Below, one piece after another: positions 35,985-47,225 of a stretch of 64,000 nt of DNA. The stretch spans positions 8,701,352-8,765,351 of the forward strand of contig MU053934.1 of NCBI GenBank assembly GCA_013239625.1, read 5' to 3'. The translations under genes and the position numbers were made by a program. The stretch's first letter is position 1; every line of letters begins with the position of its first letter. The DNA comes from Lama guanicoe. Lineage: Eukaryota. Below the pieces are notes generated by a model. The model did not search any database, was not told where the DNA came from, and was given only the letters and a program-made list of their open reading frames with translations.

Positions 35985-36725
35985 CAGAGCCCTCCTGCAC
36001 TGCTGGTGGGAGTGCAGTCTGATGCGGCCACTGTGGAAAACAGGATGGAGTCTCCTCAAAAGACTAAAAGCAGACCTCCCATATGACCCAGCAATCCCAC
36101 TCCTGGACATATATCCAGAAGGAGCCCTACTTCAAAAAGAAAACTGCGCCCCAATGTTCATAGCAGCACTATTTACAATAGCCAAAACATGGAAACAGCC
36201 TAAATGTCCATCAACAGGTGACTGGATAAAGAAGATGTGGTATATTTATACAATGGAATACTACTCAGCCATAAAAACCGACAACATAACACCATTTGCA
36301 GCAACATGGATGCTCCTGGACAATGTCATTCTAAGTGAAGTAAGCCAGAAAGAGAAAGAAAAATACCATATGATATCACTCAAATGTGGAATCTAAAAAA
36401 GAAGAAGAAGAATACAAGTGAACTTAAATATAAAACAGAAACAGACTCACAGACATAGAATACAAAGTGGGGAGGGCGATGGGAAGGGATAGACTGGGAG
36501 TTCGAGATTTATAGATACTGACAGGTATATATAGAATAGATAAACAAGTTTATACTGTAAAGCACAGGGAAATATATATAAGATCTTGTAGTAGCTCACA
36601 GTGAAAAAGAATATGAAAACGAATATATGTATATTCAGGTATGATTGAAAAATTGTGCTGTACACCAGAAATTGACACATTTTAAACTGACTATAACTAA
36701 CTAACTAAATAAATAAACAAGAAAA
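35985..36725 (+). mobile_element. Younger 5'-truncated L1 3' end
   Basis: ORF 35977-36396 encodes an open L1 ORF2 C-terminus (HCWWEC...LPYDPAIPLLDIYP...[20 protein letters not shown]...YTMEYYSAIK), followed by the 3'UTR and an A-rich tail. Confidence 0.92.
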
Positions 36726-38092
36726 AATGGTTGACAATTCACCAGGTTAACCTACTGGAAGAAATTTCCTGAGGAAAGTTAAAATTTATTTTCATATTTA
36801 TGTTGCACAATATATTTAAGGATCTATTTTTCTCAAAACAAAGTTTTACTCAAAATCATGTTTATATAATTTACTTAGGCCAATAAACTCTGTTTCATTA
36901 ATCATAAAAAAATGGTGCCCGTTACATACTTCCCAGTATCTGGTATACCTCTGTTTTAAAAAGTGGGAAGGCTCCCCAGTGCCAATAGGGTAAAGTTCAA
37001 ACTCTGCACCTGGCCCCCCACAGCCCAGTCTTACCCCATCTTTCTCATCTCATCGTCCTCGTCTCATTTTATGTCTCAGCCGCTCTGGCTGCTTCTGTGC
37101 CCTCCCTCTGCTCATTCACACCTGCCCACCTTAGCTCACGTGGCTCCCAGCTTAGCCCTTCCCCCATTCCACCTGGAAAGAACCAGTCTCCCCTCGCCTC
37201 TCCCTCCGACTCTATGTCTCCGTCTCTCTCATCCGCACACCCGCACACAGACCAGGCGTTGTACTGGTCATCTTCAAAGTCACCATCTGACCTTATTCTC
37301 GCAGCCGCTCTGGGAGGGAGCATCACTGTGACCATTTTACAGGTAAAGAATCAGCCTCAGAGAAATTAGTGACTTGGGCAGGACCACAAAGCTAAGAAGG
37401 GGTTGAGGTCAGATTCGTGCCCAGGTCAGCCCTACAAGGAGGTGTTGAGTGCACGTCCAAGCTGGTCGGGCAATGATAACTAGAGCTCATCCTTGCCTTC
37501 CGAGAGCTTCGCTCTGGAGGGAAGGCAAACCACCAAATGGAAAATGCTCGTACGTGGAAAGGGCAGAGCTCTGGACTGGTCCTCATCCCACCACCGGACA
37601 AGCTACATCAACACTCCGAGTCTGTTCGTTTATCTGTGAGGTGGTGACAATACTTCCCTGCATCTCACTGTCAGGTGGCGGGCGGGTGACAACTGACAGC
37701 AATGTCACTGCCAATCTTTCTGATGAAAAATATCCTCTCCATCCATCAGATTGTCCAAGGTCAAGGTCACATGCCACCTCCTCTATGAAGACCTTCTCAG
37801 CTTCGCTCCCTTTCCAGACCCTCAGTCTCCTCCTCCTTGTCATAACAATAATAATGAAATAACAGGAGCCGTCCTGTGTAAGAGTTTACTGTTAAGGACA
37901 ACGCGAAGCTCTTTTCACACACCTGCACACGTAATCCCCACAATATCCTGTACGGCAGGAACCGCTGTCTCTACATTTTAGCTGAGGAAGCTGAGGCTTG
38001 TTGTGGGGGTCGAATGACTTGCCCGAGGCCACATCGCTTGTGTGGGAGGAAGCCAACATTCAGCCAGGTCTGTGCGACTCATGGGCTCAGAA

Positions 38093-38789
38093 TCTTATTT
38101 TATTAATCTTTTTTCACCTTTATTGAGGTATAGTTGACAAAAATTGTATATATTTAAGGTGTACACCGTGATGGTTTCCTACAAACACACATTGTGAAAC
38201 GATCACCAGAAGCAAGCTAATTAGCATTCACTGCCTCACAGTTACCTTCTTTTTCCTTTTCATCCTCCCCACCGCCCTCTCCACTGGCAACCACCTGTTT
38301 GTTCTCTGTATCTGAGTCACTTCTGTCTTATTATGTTGCTCATTTGTTTTGCTTTTTTTAGATTCCGCATGTAAGTGAAATCGCACAGTATCTCTCTTTC
38401 TCTGTCTGACTTACTTCACTTGGAGTGATGCCTTCTAGGTCCATCCATGTCACAGACGGCAAGACCTCGTTCTCTGCTTGTGGCTGGGAGACACACACAA
38501 GTGCATGTCACATGTTCTTTTCTCTAGTCATCTGTCGATGGATGCTCAGATTGCTTCCATAGCTTGGCCATTGTAAAGACTACTGTAATGAACATAGGGG
38601 TGCGTGCATCTTTTTGAATTCGTGTTTTTGTTTTCGTTGCATAAATACCCAGGACTGGTATCGCTGGATCATATGTTAGTTCTTTTTTTAACTTTATGAG
38701 GAACCTCTGTACTGTTTTCCAGAGTGGCCACTGCAATTTACATTCCCACCAACAGGGCACTAGGGTTCCCTTTTCTCCACGTCCTCGCC
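38093..38789 (-). mobile_element. L1 3' end inserted at a MIR end
   Basis: ORF 38524-38760(-) reads [37 protein letters not shown] at 38083-38092 and 38790-38799. Confidence 0.88.
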
Positions 38790-38929
38790 GGGCTCAGAAC
38801 CGCAACCACTCAAGCCTCTCTTCTAAGACTGAACAACCTCACGTACAGCAGGGCGTTTGATCACACCTACTAATGTCTGGATGGCGTTTTATAAGACCTC
38901 ATGCTACAGGTGAGAAAGCTGAGGTTTAT

Positions 38930-39720
38930 CACTTTGTCATTGAACAGATCATTAGTGCCCATAAATGCCGGGATGCGGCAGGGAACAGTGTCGCATGGGG
39001 TCCTGCTCTCGTGGGGCTTGGAGTTCAAAAGGGAGCTGGGGGCCCTGAAAACAAACCAACAAACATCAGCTGGCGAGAGGGAGAGACCCAAACAGGAGAG
39101 AGTGAGAGAACGAGAAAGCCCTTGCACCTGGGGACAGCTTAGCTGAGAGCCAGGGTGGGCCCCCCTGGGAGCAGCATTCAAGATGAGGGCTGAAGGCCAG
39201 AGGGAGGGCCTGGAGGAGGGACGTGCCTGGGGGAGGGCTCAGCAAGTGCAAAGGCCGGGGGGAGGGGCAGTGTGGCCTGTTTGAAGGGCAGACAGGACAG
39301 AGACTTGGCAGCACGGTACTTGAGGACAGCAGTGGCGTAGGGTGAGCTCGGCGAGGCAGCCAAGCAAGGACGGAGGCTCCGTGGGCGCAGGGAAGAGTTT
39401 GGACTTTCTCCCAAGGGAAGGGAAGAACAGGAGGGTTTCCAGCGGGAGTGACAGGACCACATTTTCATTTCAAAGAGGAGCTTATGAGGGCACAATCCAA
39501 GCCTGGGATGTAGCCGTGATGGCCCAGGCAAGAGAGGGTGGTAGTTTGGACAAAGATGGAGGCAGGGAGTTGGGGAGAAGAGGATGGAGGGCGGAACTGG
39601 GTGGAGGTCGAACCCATAGGACACAGTGGATTGTATTTCAGGGAAGAGGGAAAAAGAAGAATCCGAGATGGTCCCCTGGTTTGGGCCTGTGCTTCTGGAC
39701 CGATGGTACTGCCTTGACAA
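38930..39720 (-). mobile_element. L2 fragment
   Basis: Purine-rich L2 signature (TGAGCTCGG...GAAGAGTTTGGACTTT...GAGGGTGGTAGTTTGGACAAAGATGG). Other L2 pieces at about 2780-2912, 30190-30520, 36960-37200, 51590-52200, 54600-55780 and 60640-60960. Confidence 0.65.
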
Positions 39721-40839
39721 TGAGGGGGCAGCATGGCTGGGAGAGAGCAAACAGGACCATGGGAAGCAGCTGGGAGGCAGGAGGAAAACGGAGGGGGCCT
39801 GGGCCTGCTTTGCACTCTCTTCCGCTGGGGACAGCGGCCTCCAGCTCTCACTGCCTCGAGGTCATCACTCAGACCTCTGCTCACACATCTGTTCTCCAAA
39901 GTCTTCCCCAGGCCACGGACACCTGGGAACACTCCATCCCAAGACCTACTTCCCTTTCTTTACAGAGTGGATCAGTGCCTGCATTTATCTTGTTTGTCCA
40001 AGTATTTATTTCCTTTCCCCAAGTAGAACGTTGGCTTCTGGAGGGCACGTCCTGTCCTGAGAGCTTTCTCTCCAGCACCTAAAACCGGACCAGCCACATG
40101 GCAGGTGCCCAGACCCACCGACTTGCTCTAATCTGAGCAAATAGATGAATGGTTTCCAGGTCCCAGTGTGCAAAAGTGCATTCAGTTGTGGAGTCGTATG
40201 GAGGTCAAAGGACCTGGCTTTGGGGTTGGACACAAGTTCTAATCCGGGCTCACCTCTTTCCTGCTGTGTGATTTTGGGCAGGTCCCATAACCTCTCCGAG
40301 TGCAGAGTGAATAATAAATAATGTCCATCTCACGAGGCTGGATAGGAGTAAAGGAAATAATGTTTATAAGGAGCTCTGCCCTGCCTGGCACATAGTTAGA
40401 GCCCTTAAAATGAGCTAAGGAAATAAACAGACACCTAGAGCAATGCTTTAAAAAAGTTTTGAAATTATGTCTTGTCCTTTACTCCCTATAATTGCCACAT
40501 AGAAAATTTAGAAATTATTCATCACATTGGCTCCAATCTCCCTTTGCCAGCCCACTGGCGCATCAAAAGGGTGCGGTGAGCACAGGGCTGCGAATGGGGT
40601 CAGGTTAGGAGGCAGAAGCACCCGCCCGGCTCCCGGGCACCGCAAACCTTGCTCTCCTGGGCACCGCGAGCCCTGCTCTCCCGCCTCCCAATAAAGGCAC
40701 CAGTGACTCAGTCAGGAATAAGCAGGGGCTGCAAACACTTCTTCCCAGAAAGGATGATCATCTTTTGTTCTAAGAGTTGACTCACAGGACCCACAGTATT
40801 TGCCTCTATTGTTCTTAACAGTAGCTTTGCAGACAATCA

Positions 40840-41110
40840 GACAGTGAGAAAGCGGCAGGACACTGCGGCTCTCAGGAGGAAGCCCAGGCCAGCCTGCCGG
40901 GGACGGGGGAGCACCTGGCACAGTCAGCCCAGGGGTCCCGTCCAGGCCCCAGAGGTGGGAGAGAGACAGACAAGGTGCACAAAGCCGCTGCTCACCTGGG
41001 GACCCCAGGAATGGAAGGACCACCCAGCTGAACCAGAGGAGAAAGGAAGGGCTGTTTTGAGCCGCTGAGTTTTGGGGGCATTTGTTAGCAAGAACTGCCT
41101 GAGACACTCC
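40840..41110 (+). mobile_element. MLT1H/J-like LTR fragment
   Basis: GGACCACCCAGCTGAACC...TGTTTTGAGCCGCTGAGTTTTGGGGGCATTTGTTAGCA. Confidence 0.6.
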
Positions 41111-41987
41111 GCTTCCCTGAGAACACCCCAGGGCCTTGGGCCTCCCTCCCTCGGTGCAGGCAGGCACGGCCACGGCCCGGACAGGACGGGCAGAGGGGCT
41201 GTATCAGACAGCTGCCTGTGCCTTGCAGATGAGCATGGAGGTGTTGGTCTTCCTGTAGATAGAATCTGCAGTTAAGAAACTTCCTTCCAGAACATGGATT
41301 GGCAGAGGGACTGGGGTGGTGAGACCAGCCAGGAGGCTGTTGAACTAGTCTAGGCAAGACTTGAAGGGATCCTTCCAGATGTTTGGGCCCTTCCAGGTGG
41401 TGAGGTCCTTACAGATGTTGGGGACCTTAAACTAAGGCACTAACAGTGGGAGCGAAGAATGGGGAGAGGTAAAAGACACCAGGTTGTCACAGAGCTGGGG
41501 ACAGACTGGCCGGGGAGCAGGTAAGGGGTGTTGGGAGCCTTTGGGCCAGCACACTGGGTGGCTGTGGAGCAGCTGAGGAAGATGAGAGCCCCAGGAAAGG
41601 CCCCCTTTCGGGGAGGACAAGGAGGATGAGGAGCCAACACCAGCTGTCTCGAGCTGGCTTCCACAGTGGCTCTCAGGCTCAGGAGTTGGTTTTGTTCTAT
41701 GTTGTGTGGCCCCCTTCCCACCTGGAGCAGAATCTGTCTCTGAGATGCTGTTCATTTGACTGAGATATATTAATTGGTATTAAAATTACTATGCACCAGG
41801 CATGTTCTAGCACTTTATATATGTATTTGCTCACTTTAATCCTCAAATGAACCCCATGAGGACGGTTCTACAATTATCCCCACTTTACACATGAGGAAAC
41901 TGAGGCACAGAGAGGTCAGGAGAATTGCCCACCGTTCCAAGTCCAGCAAAGGGCAGAGCAGGAACCCAACCCCACCTGTCAGCCCCA

Positions 41988-42204
41988 GCGCAGGCCTCTC
42001 CCCCTAGGCACTGTTGACATCGAGGCCAGACCGTTCCCTGCAGTGGGGCCGCCCTGTGCACCGTAGGACGTCGAGCAGCATCCCTGTTCTCCACCCAGAT
42101 GCGCCGCAGCCCCCTCTGCCCAGGTGTGACAACCAAGCAGCGTCCAGACATCGCACGTGTCTCCTGCAGGGGGCAGAATGGCTCCCGGCTGAGAACCCTG
42201 CTCT
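41988..42204. mobile_element. MER20 DNA-transposon MITE
   Basis: GGCACTGTTGACAT...CCCTGTGCACCGTAGGACG...GTGTGACAACCAA...TCCAGACAT...GGGGGCAGAAT...GCTGAGAACCCTG. Confidence 0.85.
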
Positions 42205-43039
42205 AAAGCCTAGTCTCTGGTTTTGCTTTTAATTCAAGCCCCTTCCACGGAGCAGAGGGAGGCACCCTTCTGCCTTAAAGAGGAGTCGCCATCGAGGAAG
42301 TCCACTCTAGAAGACGGACTGGAAGAGGTGGCCGAGAAACCAAATACTTACACGATTCAGGAAACAAAGGTCCGAATGCATGTGTGTTACCCACGGTCAC
42401 AACTTCAGGACAAAGATAAGCAGCTGGAATTAGACTTTTTCGAGATGGAGGGTGACTTTCCCAGGACATAGCGACAACCTCTGAAGATCCTGTCTTGGAA
42501 ATTACGATGGTTTAGGATGCAGAGTGTCTGCTTTGCTGCAGCTGCAAAAGGGGGTCCCATTCTCCTCACCTGGCTGAGGTCTCTCCAGCAGTCAGGAGCA
42601 CTTCGTTTCAAAGCTACTTACTGGAGCTCTCTTAGCACCAGCATGAGAGGGACAGAGGCAAGGCTGAGGCTCGGAGCTTCCAAGAAGGAAAGAAGAGCGT
42701 GGAGAGGGCTGCAGATACACCGAATGTGGCACACGAGATGTTCTGCGTGGACAGTGCTCAGCAGATACTGGCTGAGTGAACAAGAAGGGAATTCAGAGAC
42801 CTTGGCTCCCGGAGGTCTGAGCAGGGGCTGCAGCACAGCCCGTTGGCCCAGCCACACCTGCGAGCCACCCCCGAGGCGGGTCATGCAGGCTCCCAGGGGC
42901 TGGTGTGCCGAGTCCGAGCTGGGGATGGACTGAAGTGTCAGTGAGTGGCTTTCACTTCCGTGTTCCCTCTTCCCACCTGGCAACACCTAGTTCCTAATTG
43001 TCTTTGTCACCTGTTACTGCCACATTGCAGGGCTCAGAA

Positions 43040-43195
43040 AATATAGCAAAAAGAACGCGAAATATCTCATAATTTCTATGTGGATCACACGTTGAATGGA
43101 TAATACTTTGGATGTACTGGGTTAAATAAGAGAAAGATTAAAATTATTTTAACCTGTTTGTCTCCCTTTTTGATGAGGTTCCTATATCGTCTCAG
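43040..43195. mobile_element. MER3/MER33-like hAT MITE fragment
   Basis: ATCACACGTTGAATGGATAATACTTTGGATGTACTGGGTTAAATAA...ATTAAAATTATTTTAACCTGTTT. Confidence 0.7.
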
Positions 43196-43634
43196 GCGGC
43201 CCCCAGGGCTCAGGTCACCTTTCTGTGGGACCTCACAGGTGCGGAGCATAGAGCCTAGCTGTGCAAATCCTTACCTGTTTTGCCCGAAATCTATTTACAG
43301 AAGACAAAACCTTTCCCCCCACATTAAGGTTAAAGGCCAAACCTATCAAGCAGAGAGGACTAATTAGCAAGTCTGATGGTTGGAATTTTGTTTCTATTTC
43401 CTCTGTCAATTCGAGTAATTTGTTTGCACTCTCCTCTCCCAGCTTCTGAAGTGTTTGCATTTCCCGAGCCTGCCTTTCTTTGCAAACGAGTTAACAAAAG
43501 CTGATCACTCACAAATATGACTCACTTGTTTCGCAAGTGGAAACGAAAGAAAGTCAGCAACAACAAAGGTGGAAAGAGTCGTCCAGCAAGGGGTTTCCCT
43601 CCTGCTTCTCCCTCTAGATGCGGCAACCTCTCTG

Positions 43635-43943
43635 GTTCCAGTGTCACGGCACACACACCCCTCCATAGAAGAAATGTGTGAAATTTAAGCTTTCAGTGAT
43701 AATCTATACACTGATTTTTTTTTTTACTTTGCATCAAAATGCATTTTCCTGCAAGACTTGGGTTCTAATCGATAAACTGATGTCCAGTTCCAGTGTCACG
43801 GCACACACACCCCTCCATAGAAGAAATGTGTGAAATTTAAGCTTTCAGTGATAATCTATACACTGATTTTTTTTTTTACTTTGCATCAAAATGCATTTTC
43901 CTGCAAGACTTGGGTTCTAATCGATAAACTGATGTCCAGTTCC
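43635..43943. repeat. Perfect 152-bp tandem duplication
   Basis: 43635-43786 equals 43787-43938, including the T11 run, plus a terminal GTTCC at 43939-43943. Confidence 0.97.
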
Positions 43944-44999
43944 GGTGAAATCTATGGCTGCTAATTAAAATCGCCTTAACCGACACAAAAACATCTCTTG
44001 GTCCTGCTAGCCATCGCTGATGGGTTATTTCTTTTTAATTTATTCTAATAGCATACCTTGCTGGCTGCCAGTGGTTCTGTGGGACCCTTGAGTGACCTGG
44101 TTTCCGCAAACACAGGCACACATGCACACATGCCAGCACCCTCACGGGCAGTGGGTGGACCCCCAGAGCTCAAGCTGGGAGGCGTCTCTGGAGATTCGCT
44201 TCTTAGCCCATCACTTTACACCTTCTGATGGGACTTGCTCACTGAGTGTAGACGCCGGGAGGTAGAGTCTGGGCCAGGCACAAAGTCTGAGTCAGCAAAA
44301 AGTAAGCTCGTTGGCAGAAAAGCCACATCAACGAACAAATCTAGAGGCAATGCTGTGTAGGCGGGGCAGCACTGGGTTCTATCCTGCTTCTGCCTTTGCC
44401 TCTAACTCACTGGTGACAGTTCCTAACTCTGGAACTACTTCTTTCCCTGGACAGCAGGAGAGCTGGCCTAGCAGACCATCAGGCCCTTGCAAGCACTGAT
44501 ACTGTCTGCTTGCTTGCTTCTCATCCATCACCAAGTAAATGTCCACTATGTACCAGGCATTGAGGATGCTCAGACACTGGTGACTGTGGGGGACAGAGCA
44601 GGAGAGGCAGGCCTGTCACAGAGTCCAAGGACAACGGTGGAACTTGAGTGGAGGGAAGAGGAGGCAGGCGCTGGGTGAGAAACGGCAAAGCACCCCAGCA
44701 ATGAGAGCAGCAGCCTCTTCCAGGATGGCCACCTGGGATCCTGAAAGCCCAGCGCGGGCCCAGCACAGGTGAGGTCCTCATACAGGTGAGTGAGTGACTC
44801 GGAGTCCCAGAGTCAAGGAACAGCATGGTGAGCTCAGGGCGATGCAAATTGTTTTGCTAGGCTGGGGTGGGGGAGTGGCAGAGGGGAATGGCTTATACGG
44901 GAGGGAAGAGGACAGAGGATGGGAAAGGAGTCAAACCTTCTGCTATGTACCCCAAGCTAAGGAACGTGAGCTTGATTCTAATCATGACTGCATGATTAA

Positions 45000-45900
45000 A
45001 ACAGGATGTGATGCCACCAGAAGGACACTGGTGAAATGCTGGCTTTATTCCTTCTTTCATGTTTGGCTACAGAAGCTTTCTGGGCAAAATATTTTCTTTA
45101 CTGAGAGGACTTGAATTACAAATTACTTGCAGGATTATTCAGATTTTCTATTTCTTCGTCTGTCAGTTTTGATAAGTTGTCTATTTCCAGAATTTTTCCA
45201 TTTCTTCTAAATGCTAAGCTTCATTGGCATTTTGTCCATAGCGTCCTCTGTGACCCCCCTTTTCCTTCCTGATGTGAGGGGTTTGTTCCTGCAAACGCTG
45301 TTTCTGCTTCCTCTCCTCCCTTTCTGGGACCCTGATCACACACCACGTTAGACGTTCTCGCTGCATCATTTTTGTGTCCCTCACCCTTTCTTCTGTTATG
45401 TGTATCCTGTTCTTTCGACTCTCCAGCCTTTATTCTGGATATGTCATGGGGGCCTGTTTTGCAGTTCACCAGTTCTCTCTTTAGCAATGTCCATTCTGCT
45501 ATTAAACCCTTTCACTTTCAACTTGGGTTCTTTGTACAGGCATAGGATTTGGGTTATTGACAGACCAAGTATTTCAGTTTGGCTCTCTTTTATGGTTTCT
45601 GGAGATCTGCCATAACACTCGCCTTTCTTAAGTCTTTAAATATCTTAAAACCATTGTTATTGTAACAGTTTATGTCTGTTCCTTCCATTAGCTAGAACCC
45701 CTGTTCATTGTTTCTCTTGGGTTTTGATCATATGGGCCTATTCCCTTGGTGCTTTGTTATTTTTGATTGAGTGTCAGCCTCAGTTATTCTATATAAAAAT
45801 TATAGAAATAATTTGAGGACTAAAATAATATATTCCTCCACAGAGGGTTTACTTTTGCTTCTGGTAGGCACCGAAGACCTCTAGGAATCCCAGGTTGCCT
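45000..45900 (-). mobile_element. Old L1M internal/5' fragments
   Basis: TATTCAGATTTTCTATTTCTTC..TCAGTTTTGATAAGTTG; TTCACCAGTTCTCTCTTTAGCAATGTCCATTCTGCTATTAAACCC; TCCTCCACAGAGGGTTTACTTTTGCTTCTGG. Confidence 0.6.
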
Positions 45901-46729
45901 TAATCCAATTACAGAGATTAAGATTATTAGAAGCTGAGAAGTGAGAATGAGAGCAGGAGAAGGATTTGAAAACCCACCTGCTCCCCCTGCTAAATACCAG
46001 CGATCAGAGCAAAGCCAGCAGTCCAGGCCAGGTGGCCTGACACGCAGCAGCCTCGACACCCCCCCTCACCGAAGCAGCATTCTAGAGAAAGTGTGGCTTC
46101 CTTGGCTCCCCCCGTCTCGGCACCATAATCCTGTCCAGCCATATGTAGGAAATAATACACGGATGGCGCCTTTAATCCCAGGCTTTGTGAGAGGACAAAG
46201 GGATTTTCTCAGAACGACTGAATCCAAACTCTGCAAACTGTCAATATTTATTCACAACGAGCCAGAATGACAGTCTCGCTGAAGAACCATCAATCATCCT
46301 TCATTATTTGATCTGAAGAAGACGTCCATCTCCTCTGCCCCAAGCTTGATGCTCTCTCGGGCCCTTCTGCACACGGGGACACACACATGGGCACACACAC
46401 ACACGCACACACATGTGGCATATGTTCTCACATCAGAACGTTCACTTCTTGTTTTGGAACCAAGGTTATCCAGCTCGGAAAATCCTCAGTCTTCGTTGAC
46501 GCCTTTAGGCAAAGCACAGTCTTTAAGGACAGACTCCGTCAGCGAGCGCTCACCCGGCCTCCGCGGCTCTGCCTGGTGCTGGCTGCTGCCCGGCCCCTCC
46601 GCCCGCAGGGCCCGGGATCTCCTGTCCAGGCCACCGTTCTCCAGGCTGACACTAGTCTCCCTCAGCTGTGCTCACCCCCCACTCAGTGCTCTCAGATTGC
46701 AGCGCCAGGGCAGGAGGGGAGACATCGGC

Positions 46730-47180
46730 ATGCAATTGCCAAAAGGTGGAAACGACCAAGGTGTCCATCAACAGCTGAATGAGGAAACAGAATGTGGCCT
46801 ACACGTACCGTGGAATGTTACTCGGCCTTAAAAAGGAAGGGACTTTTGACTCATGCTACAACAGGAATGAGCCTTGATAACATCATTCTAGGCGAAATGA
46901 GCCAGCCACCAAGGACAAGCACCGCGTGACTCCATCTATGTGAGGTCCCCAGAGCAGTCAGACTTACAGAGACAGAAAGCAGAATTGTGATTGTCAGGGG
47001 CTGAGGGGAGGGGCTGGGGAGTTGCATTCAGTGGGGACAGGGTTACAGTTTAGGAAGATGAAAAAGTTCTGGAGACGGATGGTGGTGATGGTTGCACAAC
47101 AATGTGAGTGTACTGAATCGTACACTTAACAATGGGTAAAATGCTAAATTTGATGTGATGTTTAAAAAGAATGAAAAAGG
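46730..47180 (+). mobile_element. L1MB-like 3' end
   Basis: GCCAAAAGGTGGAAAC...AAAAGGAAGG...CATGCTACAACA...GAGACAGAAAGCAGAAT...GAAGATGAAAAAGTTCTGGAGA. Confidence 0.85.
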
Positions 47181-47225
47181 TTTATCTTTTGCTCTAGAAC
47201 AGTTACCATCTAAAAAGTTAAACTG

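Noticed and set aside
35977..36396. 139-aa protein-coding gene
   Set aside because: It is the C-terminus of L1 ORF2 in a 5'-truncated element with no promoter, ORF1 or RT domain.
37755..37769. Nuclear-receptor DR0 motif CCAAGGTCAAGGTCA (also TGACCTTGA at 55745-55753)
   Set aside because: Both lie in L2-like remnants, and isolated short motifs are expected by chance in 64 kb.
40712..40840. Cys-containing peptide KYCGSCES...FWEEVF resembling an exon
   Set aside because: The DNA looks like a decayed MER58-type MITE (CAGGGGCTGCAAAC...) next to an MLT1 fragment.
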